DNA of 64,000 nucleotides from Alphaproteobacteria bacterium (GTDB lineage Bacteria; Pseudomonadota; Alphaproteobacteria; Methylaequorales; Methylaequoraceae): NCBI GenBank assembly GCA_019650635.1, contig BOXE01000006.1, positions 1,176 to 65,175 of the forward strand, read 5' to 3'. Shown piece by piece: positions 31,405 to 41,247 of this stretch (position 1 is its first letter; each line of letters starts with the position of its first letter). The notes under the pieces were generated by a model. It saw only the letters and a program-made list of their open reading frames with translations, ran no database searches and was not told where the DNA came from. The position numbers and the translations under genes were made by a program.

Positions 31405-34400
31405 ATGAAAGGAAATAGTCAACAAATAAATTTCAACGACAGTGGTTTTTTAACTAAGATCTACGCTGGCAGTACCATTGACATTGACGGATTACCAAGC
31501 TGGTTACCAAAGGCTAATTTTTCGAAAACGCAAACAGACCTTCTAATTACTTCACCAGCTGGCGATGAAATATTATTAGTAGATTTTTTTACAAACTTTG
31601 AACTTCCCTCACTCAAAACTGAAAATGGTTTATTACTTAAAGGCACTTTAATTGATACTTTATCTGGATCATTTACACCTGGACAGTATGCGCAAGCCAA
31701 TAATGCAAACGCACTTTCGATTGGAGAAGTTTCCAGTGTTACAGGAGAGGCTAAAGCAACTCGTTTGGACGGAACAACTGTAAATCTCTCAACTGGAGAT
31801 CCAGTTTTTCAGGGAGATACTGTAGAAACTACTGGGGCAGGAGCAATTGGATTAGTATTTCTTGATAAAACAACTCTCTCATTATCGGAGGGTGGAAAAA
31901 TGGTTTTAGATGAACTTGTATATGACCCAGCAACTGGAACTGGAAGTATGGCCGTTGACATGGTTGAGGGAGCTTTCAGTTTTGTGAGTGGCGAGATTGC
32001 TAAAACTGGGCCAGATGCAATGAAAGTTTCGACACCTGTCGCAACTATTGGGATAAGAGGAACTACGGTTGCAGGTAAAGCTGCAGTTGAAGGCAATGAA
32101 AACTCCTTTACACTTCTACAAGACGCTGATGGAGGAGTAGGACAAATATCTGTGAGTAATGCTGGGGGAACTCAAGTTCTAGCACAGGTTGGTGCGACTA
32201 CAAGTATAACGAGTTTTACAGCTCCACCTCCACCACCAATTATTTTAAGTGCAGCACAAATTCAAGCAAATTATGGTACAGCTTTAAATGTTTTACCACC
32301 AACTCCTGTGGTTGCTCCAACACCACAACCACCTCCACCGCCTCAAGAACAACAGCAGGAGCAAGTTCAAGAAGAGGAGTCTCAAGAGGAAGAAGAGGCA
32401 GTAGAAGAGGAGGCTGTTGAAGAGGAATTGCAAGAGGAGGGAGAAGGTCCTCCAGAAGGAGAGGAAGGAGAAGGTCCTCCAGAAGGTCCTCTAGAGAAGA
32501 AGGAGAAGGTCCTCCAGAAGGAGAAGAGGGCCCGCCAATTGGTCCTGATGGAGAACCCTAGCAGAAGAAGGACCTCCCGAAGGAGAGGCCCGCCGATTGG
32601 ACCTGATGGAGAGCCATTAGCAGAAGGAGAAGGCGGCCCACCATGGACCTGATGGAGAACCCTTACCACCCGGAGAAGGCGGTCCGCCGATTGGACACGA
32701 TGGAGAGCCACTGGCTGACGGTCCACCAATAGGACCTGATGGAGAACCCTTACCACCTGGAGATTTTGGTCCTGGAGGCCCGCCGATTGGACCGGATGGA
32801 GAGCCACTAGCTGACGGTCCACCAATAGGACCTGATGGAGAACCCCTGCCACCTGGAGATTTTGGTCCTGGTGGTCCTACACCTGAACAAGACGCAGCTG
32901 CAAGAGAGGCTTTTGAAACTGCATTGGCCGCCGGTTTATCTCCTGAAGAAGCAATGGCAGAAGCTGCTGCTGCTGCTGGAATTCCTCCACCACCAGGAGG
33001 GTTCGGAGGAGATCCTTTGTCAGCAACAGTTGGAGGTGATGAGTTTGCAGGAGGTCCTCTTGGTCCAGGCGGTCCAGGAGATTTCGGTCCGGGAGGTCCA
33101 GGAGATTTCGGTCCGGGAGGTCCAGGAGATTTTGGTCCAGGGCGGTCCAGGAGACTTTGGTCCGGGAGGTCCAGGAGATTTTGGTCCGGGTGGTCCAGGA
33201 GATTTTGGTCCTGGTGGCCCAGGAGATTTTGGTCCGGGTGGCCCAGGAGACTTTGGTCCGGGTGGCCCTGATGATTTTGGTTTTGGAGGTCCAGGAGATT
33301 TTGGTCCAGGAGGCCCAGGAGATTTTGGTCCTGGAGGTCCTGGTGGATTCGGTGATCCACTTTCATTCTTAGGACCAGCTCCTGATAATGCCGCAACTTT
33401 TGCGCCTCTAGGTGGTCCAATGGATCCTAATGATCCATTTGCTGCTTTCGGGGGGAATGCTTTTGGTGATAGCCCAATTGGTTTGCCAGGTGGTGGTGGC
33501 GGTCCTGGTGGTCCAGGAGACTTTGGTCCTGGAGGTCCTGGTGGTCCAGCAGACTTCGGTCCTGGAGGTCCTGGTGGTCCAGGAGATTTTGGACCAGGTG
33601 GAGGACCTGGAAATTTCGATTCTGGCTCAGGCGGTGATCAAGGGTCCTTTGGAACTTTTCTTCCACCAGGTTCTTTTCAACCACCTGGTACTGTTCAACA
33701 GCCAGGTGCTTATATCCCAGCTCAAGTAGGTTTTGCTCCAATTGCACCTGTTACAACAGCTCCCGTAATTGGTTCGGGTTTTTCAGCCAACGATGGTGGT
33801 GGTTTTCATGGAGGTCCTGGTGGACCTGCAGGTTTTGATCCAGGTGGTGGAGGTCCCGGTGATTTTGGTCCAGGTGGTCCAGGTGGTCCAGGTGGTCCCG
33901 GTGATTTTGGTCCGGGAGGTCCAGGAGACTTTGGTCCAGGAGGCCCTGGTGGATTTGGTCCAGCTGGCTTTGGTCCTGATGGCTTTGGTCCTGATGGCTT
34001 TGGTCCAGGAGGCTTTGGTCCAGGAGCTTTGGTCCTGGAGGTTTCGGTCCAGCGGGTTTGGTCCTGCGGGTTTTGGTCCTGGAGGTTTTGGTCCTGGAGG
34101 TTTTGGTCCTGGAGGTTTTGGTCCTGCAGGTTTTGGTCCTGCAGGTTTTGGTCCTGCAGGCTTTGATCCATATGGTCCTGATCCCCTTGGTGGAGTACCT
34201 GCTGGAGATTTTTATTATGAAGATCCAAGTATGTTTGAGAATGTTGGAGAAGCAGAAGGTTCTGAATCTGGAAGTGGAAGTGGAAGAAGTGGAAGTAGTG
34301 GAACTACATTCATAGGATCAAATAATGTTGATAACGTTGATAAATCTGCGGAAGCTACCGCATGGCGCTTTGAGGGTTACAGCGGGGCAGATGTTTTTAA

Positions 34401-34948
34401 AGGTGGATCAGGTAATGATGTTTTCTGGGGAGCAATTGGGGGTGATACTTTAACTGGTAATGCTGGGCAAGATACTTTTTATTTTGGTGATATGACTGAA
34501 GGAAATGATACAATAACGGACTTCACAGTTGGAGCTGGAGGTGATGTTTTACAGTTTTCTACTTCAGTTCAAACAAGTGCGTACGCAAGAGATGCATCGG
34601 TTGTCAATATGGTACAGCAGCCACGGTACAACTTATAATATGGGATTAAATTCAAATGTTCTTCCATCAGTTTTCAATTTTACATCACAATTTTCATCAG
34701 CAAATACAACAGCAGGCGTTAAAAATCAGCTCACAAGTTTCAAAGTTACAACTGATGGTTCAACTGCAATTTCAAGTGCAACTGATTTTATTATTGTAAC
34801 AGGAACAAGCACTAATGGTCATGTCTATGGATGGTCAGACGCGGGAAATGGTGTTATTGACAATGGAGAACTTTTTGGTTTAGCAACCTTAACTGGTGTT
34901 GACAATGATAACATTGGGGCAACAAATTTCACTTTTGGTCCAATATAA
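31405..34948 (+). CDS. Large putative T1SS substrate. It runs from an N-terminal FecR-like beta domain, through an acidic/Pro linker and Pro/Gly-rich repeat arrays, to RTX-type repeats and a C-terminal secretion region. At least 6 frame breaks sit inside the repeats as assembled.
   Basis: The N-terminus (31405-32350) reads ...IGEVSSVTGEAKATRLDGTTVNLSTGDPVFQGDTVETTGAGAIGLVFLDKTTLSLSEGGKMVLDELVYDP...FSFVSGEIAKTG...VATIGIRGT. The repeats PPIGPDGEPL, GPGGPGDF and GFGPx are readable in shifting + frames. The C-terminus reads ...GGSGNDVFWGAIGGDTLTGNAGQDTFYF... and ends ...NFTFGPI*, paralogous to the C-terminus of the next gene. Confidence 0.75.
32680..32875 (+). repeat. Tandem coding repeat with a 96-nt unit (PPIGPDGEPLADGPPIGPDGEPLPPGDFGPGG) in 2 copies, with degenerate copies upstream from about 32,450.
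   Basis: Read directly: ccgccgattggac(a/c)(c/g)gatggagagccact(g/a)gctgacggtccaccaataggacctgatggagaaccc(tta/ctg)ccacctggagattttggtcctgg. Confidence 0.8.
33061..33345 (+). repeat. Tandem 24-nt coding repeat (GPGGPGDF octapeptide), about 11 units. Shorter blocks recur at about 33,500-33,600 and 33,850-33,950.
   Basis: The unit ggtcc(a/g)gg(a/t/c)ggtccaggaga(t/c)tt(t/c) is repeated head to tail. One extra g at about 33,141 breaks the frame. Confidence 0.85.
33949..34170 (+). repeat. Tandem 15-nt coding repeat (GFGP[A/D/G] pentapeptide), about 14 units.
   Basis: Units such as ggctttggtcctgat and ggttttggtcctgga/gca are repeated. Two apparent 1-nt deletions near 34,020-34,060 break the frame. Confidence 0.85.
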
Positions 34949-35028
34949 AGCTCCTAAATAATAGAGCTTTTAACTAAATAAATTTCCTTTTAGGTCGTAA
35001 ACATAATATTAACAGTGGTTCGTGGAAT

Positions 35029-37654
35029 GTGTATAATGAAAATCAAATAAATGTCATTAAAAATGACAAAGTAGACTCAATACGATCATCTATTGAAGGT
35101 CTAAAAGACAAGCTTTTTATCAATGATCTTAAAAAAGATCTTCAAGAATTCATAGATACAAATGTTGAATTAGATAAAAGCAATAATCATTTAAAAATCC
35201 CAACAATTAAAGACGCTCCCTCTTGGTTTCCGAAAGCTAACTTATCAAAAACGCAAACGGATTTAATAGCAACATCAGTTGATGGCGAAGAATTCATTTT
35301 TTTTGATTATTTTACAAATCATCGACTCCCATCTATCCAAACAGAAAATGGTTTAAACTTTCATGGAGGTTTAGTAGATAGGTTGGCTGGTTTATTTGCA
35401 AAAGGTCAGTATGTTCAGGCGTCTCTTGATGGTGAATTATCGATAGGAGAAGTGTCGAGTTTAACGGGTGTAGCCAAAGCAAAACGAGTTGACGGCAACG
35501 AATTTAACTTGTCAAATGGTGACCCTGTATTTCAAGGAGATACAATAACAGTTTCAAATTCTGGTGCGATTGGCCTGACATTTCTGGATAAAACCACGTT
35601 ATCTTTATCTGAAGGTGGAAAGATGCTTTTAGATGAGTTGGTTTATAATCCTGAAACTGGGGATGGGAATATGACTATCGACATGGTTGAGGGTGCATTC
35701 AGTTTTATAAGTGGAGAGATAGCAAAAACTGGAGAAGATGCCATGACCATAAAAACGCCTGTTGCAACCATCGGAATTAGAGGAACTACAGTTGCCGGTA
35801 AAGCTGCGGTAGAAGGAAACGAAAACTCATTTACTTTACTTCAGGATGCCGATGGGGGAGTAGGGCAAATATCTATTAGTAATGCTGGAGGTACACAAAT
35901 ACTAGAACAAGTTGGTGCAACCACAAGTGTAGCAAGTTTTAATGCGCCACCACCTCCACCAATTATTTTAAGCGCTGCACAGATTCAAGCTAATTATGGA
36001 ACAGCTTTAAACGTTTTGCCACCTACACCAACTGTAGCACCTACACCGCAAGAGGTTCCACCACAACAAGATCAACAGCAAGAAGAATCTCAAGAAGAAG
36101 ATTCAGAAGAAGAATCTGATGAAGAAGGGAAGAAACTTCGGGAAGTTATGAAGAAGAAGGTTCTTTAGAAGGAGAAGAGCAATTAGCTGAGGAGGAGGAA
36201 TCAACAGAGGAGGAAATAGCAAGAGCTGAAGAAGATTTGTTAGAGGAGGGTGACCCAGAGAACCGAGTACTTGCAGAAGAGGAGGTAGCCCTACCACCTG
36301 AAGAAGTTCAACCTGAAGGTGATGAACAAGCTGCTCGAGAAGCCTTTGATACTGCACTTTCAGCTGGAGCATCACCTGAAGAAGCAATGGCCGAAGCAGC
36401 TGCGGCAGGTGGTTTTGATGAATCTGTGGCTCGAGAATCAGCACTAGATAGTGGGCCATTAGGAGGCCCTCCTCTTTCAAACATTTTCTCCTGGAGTTGG
36501 GGGCCAATATTAGGTTCACAATTGGACCTATACCAATCAACGCTAGTCAAGTTCTGTAATGATACCGGTTTTGGAATGGGACCAGCCTTTGGATCTGCAA
36601 CAATGGACGTATTTGGAGTGAGTTAAGTGGGAGATTTGAAAACTTTCTTCAAGGTGCTTCTGGTTTTGGAGACGAAATTTTTGGATTTCTGGATGAAAAT
36701 CCTTATAGTCTTTCTGATACAGAGTCTTTTGAAAGTTATTTTTTTGACGATCCATCACTTTATGATGATTACAGGAAACAAGATTTTGATCAATCAACAG
36801 AAATCTCAAGTTCACAAACAACAAATACTTTTGATGGTACAAATTTAAACGACACTATTGATAAATCTTCTGAAACCGCAAGTGTTATAATAAATGGATT
36901 AGATGGAGCTGATACACTTGAAGGAGGGATAAATAATGACACAATTAATGGAGGTGATGGGATTGACAAACTAGTTGGTAATCAAGGTGATGATGTTTTA
37001 AGAGGTGATGATGGTAATGATTTTATTTTTGGAGGTGATGGTAAGGACAAATTGATTGGAGGTTTGGGCGATGATGAACTTAACGGTGGTGACCAAGATG
37101 ATATAATTGTTGGAGGTCTAGGTAGTGATACCCTTTATGGAAATGATGGTGATGACAAATTTTATTATGAACCAGGTCACATAGATGGAACTTCAAAAGA
37201 TGAAATAATTGACTTTAGAGCGAGCGGTAATGATTTGATTGTAGGTTCTCAAGCTCCCTCGTCAGCTTATAATCGAAGTTTAATACACACAGACTCGTCT
37301 CAGTTCGGTAGTAACTATGATATTACTAGTAACTCCAATGAGTTACCCTACGTATTCAATTTTACTAATGATTTGACAACAGCCATTGCTGAGAGTTCTT
37401 CTGCTCTTGCTAATCATTTCACTGGTTTTTCAATAAGTGTAAGTGGTAGTGGAACTAATGATTTTGAAAATGAATCAATGTATATAAGCGTAGGTGACGG
37501 AACAAGTACATATATTTGGTTTTGGACAGACACCAATAATCATCATGGGATGATAGCTGATAGCGAACTTGAACCAATAGCTAAACTAAGTAATTATGAT
37601 AATGATAATTTAACTGGTAACGAATTTGTATTCCAAACAATTTCTGGAGTTTAA
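35029..37654 (+). CDS. Second putative T1SS substrate, paralogous to 31405-34948. It has a FecR-like N-domain, an acidic linker, a short Ala-rich motif, classical RTX nonapeptide repeats and a C-terminal secretion region. At least 3 frame breaks are present as assembled.
   Basis: The N-terminal ORF 35029-36168 reads …IGEVSSLTGVAKAKRVDGNEFNLSNGDPVFQGDTITVSNSGAIGLTFLDKTTLSLSEGGKMLLDELVYNP…VATIGIRGT. Frame 2 is open from about 36,636 and reads ...GGINNDTINGGDGIDKLVGNQGDDVLRGDDGNDFIFGGDGKDKLIGGLGDDELNGGDQDDIIVGGLGSDTLYGNDGDDKFYY. Confidence 0.8.
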
Positions 37655-37706
37655 GTTGTTATATGTTTATTTTGAAGGTAAGAGAGTGATATTATAAAAT
37701 AATATT

Positions 37707-39295
37707 ATGAAGTTTTGGTTTCACATATTAAAAGAAAGTAACTCTCTAAATACTATTCTTTTATTGACTTTTTTTATCACTATAATGGGTTTATTAAGCC
37801 CAATCTTTATTATTCACATTTTTAATAGATATATCGCATTTGGCCTTCAGGGAACATTGTTTTTTCTATTATCAGGTGCTCTTTTAGTTGCAGTATTCGA
37901 GTATATATTTAGGAATATTAGGAGTAAAATCTTATGTGAACTTCTCATAAATCCAATAAAATTTTTTAAATTAGACCTAATCAAAACATTTTTTGAGAGA
38001 GAAAATAAAACCTCAAAAAGAAATTTTGTTGAAATAATTGATTTCAACAATAATTTTTTTCAATTCTTATCACCCAAAGTTCAGTCAAATCTTCTCGACT
38101 CAATTTTTGCAACTTTGATTATTATTATTCTTTTTTTTCTGGACCTATTATTAGCAACAATTTTTTTAATTCTTGTTATTATTTTCTTGTTGTTGCAACA
38201 AAGATTAATAAAAAATAAAAATCTAAACCTGGAAAAATTAAATTTATCTAAGAATGATAAATTAATAATTAAAGAGATTGGAACTAATCAAGAGCTTTTA
38301 AAATCTACTTTAGCATTTAAATATTCTGGATATTATCTAGAAAATTACTTAAATAAAAAATTAAAAATTGACTCTTCAACTGCAAATTTTGATGCTCAAC
38401 AAATTTCCATAACCAGTTTTTTTGTTTTGTTATCATCAATTATTACAATTGGATTTGGGAGTATCTTTGTCGTGAATGGAAATCTTTCTATTGGTAGCCT
38501 GATAGGATTCAACATATTTGCTACTCGAGCTTTGGGTACAATTTCATCGCACAAAATTCATATTCTATTATTGAGAGAACAAATATGTATCTTAATGATT
38601 GCCAAGATTTTTTCAAAAACTCTAAAAATAGAGTTGAGGGTATGCAACTAAGTAAAATTATAGGGAATTATAAACTTAAAAATGTAAACTACTCTTTTGA
38701 TAATGATAATAAGTATATAATTAACAATTTCTCTGCTAATTTTAATTCTTCAGAAATTTCAGTTATTAGCGGAGCGAATGGCTCTGGAAAGACCACAATT
38801 GCAAAATTACTCATGGGACTAATTAATCCAGAATCTGGAGATATTTTATTAGATGAAACTAATTTGGAGAAACTATCATTGCAATGGTATAAGAATCAAG
38901 TAGCTTATATACCTGAAGATGTTGAAGTGTTAAATTCATCTATTTTAAATAATATTTTAATATCCAACCCTGATCTGAATGAGCAAGAGGTAAGTAGACT
39001 GCTTCAAAATGTTGGATTAGATAAAGAGTTAAAAAAATCAGATTTAACAATAACTGATTCTATAAATAAAAATTATTCAAAAGGGATTTTAAAAAAAATA
39101 CATATTGCACGGTCGATTTCAAAAACCTATCAAGTTTATATTTTTGATGATCCGTTATTATATCTAGATAAATTAGGTAAAAATATGGTACTTAAATTGA
39201 TAGCCTCATTAAAAAGAGCTGGAAAAACCGTAATTTGTTTTTCAGAAGATACGGAAATTATTAAATTAAGTGATAAACAAACTAATTTAGGGTGA
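37707..39295 (+). CDS. T1SS ABC exporter of PrtD/HasD type (no N-terminal peptidase domain), locus A. One frameshift lies at about 38,585-38,650. The NBD catalytic motifs are non-canonical.
   Basis: The TMD ORF is 37707-38651 and the NBD ORF is 38585-39295. Walker A is GANGSGKTT. The Q-loop position reads IPEDVEV, the signature position YSKGI, Walker B VYIFDDP and the H-loop position ICFSEDT. Confidence 0.75.
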
Positions 39296-39299
39296 AAAA

Positions 39300-40571
39300 A
39301 TGACAGAGAAATGGGTAAAATGGAATTTATTTAAAAACGATGAAAAACCAAAAAACGTTATTAGTAAAAGACTTAAAGTATCATTAATTCTTTTCTCACT
39401 TATTTTTTTGCTACTAGTGAATTTAAAAATTATTGAGGTATTAAGCTTAGCTGACGGAAAAATAATACCCCAAGGAAGAATAAAGTATGTGCAACATTTA
39501 GAGGGTGGAATAGTTGAAGAAATACTAATTAGTGAAGGTGAAAAAGTTGAAATAAATCAACCTTTGGTTATTTTATCGAAAGAAAAAGCAAGCTCTGAAT
39601 TTGAGGAAATTAATTCAAGACTTAAATCAATTGATTTGTCGATACTAAGAGTTAATTCTGAAATAAATTCTAATAATTCAATAGAAATTCCTGAAAATAA
39701 AAATAATTTATTTGATGAGGAATTAGTAAAATCTGAAAATGAACTTTTTCAAAGTAGAAGAAAAGCAATCAACTCTGAAATAAAGTCTAAGAAAGCAAGT
39801 ATTGATAAAGCTAATAAAAATCTCAAAAATTTAAAAAAAAGATTAAAAATCGTTAAAGAACAAGAAGATATTAGTCAAAAATTGTTAGAAGTTGAAGCAA
39901 CAAATAGGTTAAAGCATTTAGAAATTTTAAGAGAAAGGCAAGAGGTTGAAGGAAGTATCGACGAACAACAATCTATAATTGATTTGAGCAAAAATGACTT
40001 AGAAAAAGTGCAAAACAATTATATAGAAGAATTAAATATCGAGTTGTCACAGTACCGAAAAGAAAAAGAAGAACTTAATAAAAGAATTCAGAAATATTCA
40101 GACAGCTTAAATAGAACTGTTTTAAAAAGCCCTGTATCTGGAACAGTAAAACTTGTATCAGTAAATTCTAAGGGAGCTATAGTCGCTCCTGGTGTAACTG
40201 TTGTTGAAATTGTACCTGAAAATGAAAAACTAATAATTGAGGCAAAATTACCTTTATCAGAAATTGGATACGTAAAAAAAAACCTTGAAGCAAAAATTAG
40301 ACTGAATACACCTGAAGGCTCTAGGTTTAGATCAATAAAAGGGAAAGTTGTTTTTGTAGGTGCTGACAGAATTTCTAGTAAAGATGAAGAGGGTTTTTAT
40401 TTAGTCAAGGTGGAAACCTCTGAAAACTCTTTTGCACGAAAAAACGAGGAATATAAACTTTTGTCTGGTGTTCCAGTTATGGTGGGAATTATAACTGGTA
40501 AAAGAAGTTTTATGGATTATTTCTTAACGCCTTTTATAACCGGTGCTAGCTTTGCATTATCTGAAAGGTAA
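39300..40571 (+). CDS. HlyD-family T1SS membrane fusion protein, locus A.
   Basis: 423-aa ORF starting 4 nt after the ABC gene. It has one N-terminal TM segment, then ...GKIIPQGRIKYVQHLEGGIVEEILISEGEKVEINQPLVIL..., a long coiled coil, and a C-terminal ...LSGVPVMVGIITGKRSFMDYFLTPF. Confidence 0.85.
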   Translation: MTEKWVKWNLFKNDEKPKNVISKRLKVSLILFSLIFLLLVNLKIIEVLSLADGKIIPQGRIKYVQHLEGGIVEEILISEGEKVEINQPLVILSKEKASSEFEEINSRLKSIDLSILRVNSEINSNNSIEIPENKNNLFDEELVKSENELFQSRRKAINSEIKSKKASIDKANKNLKNLKKRLKIVKEQEDISQKLLEVEATNRLKHLEILRERQEVEGSIDEQQSIIDLSKNDLEKVQNNYIEELNIELSQYRKEKEELNKRIQKYSDSLNRTVLKSPVSGTVKLVSVNSKGAIVAPGVTVVEIVPENEKLIIEAKLPLSEIGYVKKNLEAKIRLNTPEGSRFRSIKGKVVFVGADRISSKDEEGFYLVKVETSENSFARKNEEYKLLSGVPVMVGIITGKRSFMDYFLTPFITGASFALSER

Positions 40572-40572
40572 A

Positions 40573-40872
40573 TTATTTTACAGAAGATTTGGAAATTGTT
40601 TCAGATTTGAAAATTACGCCATTTTTTTGAGAATTGAGTTTTAAATGTTTGTAAAGCTCATCAAAAATAACATTTCCTTTTCTTTCTTTGACAATGAGAG
40701 TAAGAATATCTGCTTCACTAGCATTACCAAATTGCTGTATGTCAAACATATCTGTGGCTCTTCCATTAGCATAACCCACTGAAATAACGTCTGAGTTTTC
40801 AGAAAACTTTTTAACAACTTTTTGTCCTAAACCTTTTTTTATTAAGCCACCAATTTCAATAAACTTTGACAT
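40573..40872 (-). CDS. Small PII-like (GlnB-superfamily-like) protein, second of a pair downstream of DUF1538.
   Basis: 99-aa ORF placed 2 nt after the preceding PII-like gene. Its size and alternating beta/alpha pattern fit the family, but sequence similarity to the canonical PII signature is weak. Confidence 0.4.
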   Translation of the reverse strand: MSKFIEIGGLIKKGLGQKVVKKFSENSDVISVGYANGRATDMFDIQQFGNASEADILTLIVKERKGNVIFDELYKHLKLNSQKNGVIFKSETISKSSVK

Positions 40873-40874
40873 AT

Positions 40875-41231
40875 TTATCCTCCAGCTCGTTTAATGACAT
40901 CTTTAGGTATATAAGTCGCAACTCTGTCAAGTTTAACCATCCACATTATACCTTTACCAGGTGTATCAAGATTGCCGGCTAAATACATTGATTCAAAGAC
41001 TCTGTTCGATTGTTCTTTAGAAACTATAATTCTTATTATTTCTTTTTGTTCATCTATAGTTACGCCAAGAAGTCCCATTCTATCCCTAATGCCTGTACCC
41101 CTGGCATAATTAATTGTTGCACCTTGCGCTCCAACACTGGTGGCAGCATCTATGATTTTATCGGCTAGACCACTTTCAACAACACAAGTGATTAAAAAAA
41201 CGTCTGTTAAATAAGTGATATCTCTGGCCAT
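40875..41231 (-). CDS. PII-family (nitrogen regulatory protein P-II-like) protein.
   Basis: 118-aa ORF reading ...FLITCVVESGLADKIIDAATSVGAQGATINYARGTGIRDRMGLLG...EIIRIIVSKEQSNRVFESM...PGKGIMWMVKLDRV. Confidence 0.6.
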   Translation of the reverse strand: MARDITYLTDVFLITCVVESGLADKIIDAATSVGAQGATINYARGTGIRDRMGLLGVTIDEQKEIIRIIVSKEQSNRVFESMYLAGNLDTPGKGIMWMVKLDRVATYIPKDVIKRAGG

Positions 41232-41247
41232 AATTTTTTCCTTTTAG

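Noticed and set aside
33061-33345. The Gly/Pro-rich repeats might form a collagen-like triple helix.
   Set aside because: Gly does not occur at every third residue (GPGGPGDF). The G-X-Y periodicity required for collagen is absent.
33061-34170. Regular 24-nt and 15-nt tandem repeats, and the 45-nt array at 50,590-50,890, might be a CRISPR array or a non-coding satellite.
   Set aside because: There are no unique spacers between the units, the units are multiples of 3 nt, and they translate into coherent peptide repeats inside a larger ORF. They are coding micro- and minisatellites.
32382-34315. The ORF track lists many long overlapping ORFs on both strands across the Pro/Gly repeat region of gene 1. 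Examples are 32382-32852(-), 32617-33420(-), 33427-33747(-), 33806-34228(-), 33157-33372(+), 33412-33729(+) and 34058-34315(+).
   Set aside because: The GC-rich, CCN/GGN-dominated repeats lack stop codons in all six frames. Only the + strand frames that spell PPIGPDGEPL, GPGGPGDF and GFGPx connect the FecR-like N-terminus to the RTX C-terminus. The antisense and off-frame ORFs (LQDQNL..., VLVLEV... and similar) are by-products.
31405-34948. The locally high GC content of the repeat genes might be evidence for horizontal acquisition.
   Set aside because: The GC excess is confined to the Pro/Gly codon blocks. The non-repeat N- and C-terminal domains and all neighbouring T1SS genes have the same AT-rich codon usage as the housekeeping genes.
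36103-36848. The ORFs 36103-36540(-), 36308-36550(-), 36543-36842(-) and 36627-36848(+) lie inside the second FecR/RTX gene.
   Set aside because: These are antisense or off-frame readings. Frame 2 on the + strand is open from about 36,636 and reads straight into the RTX repeats, so these ORFs are not separate genes.
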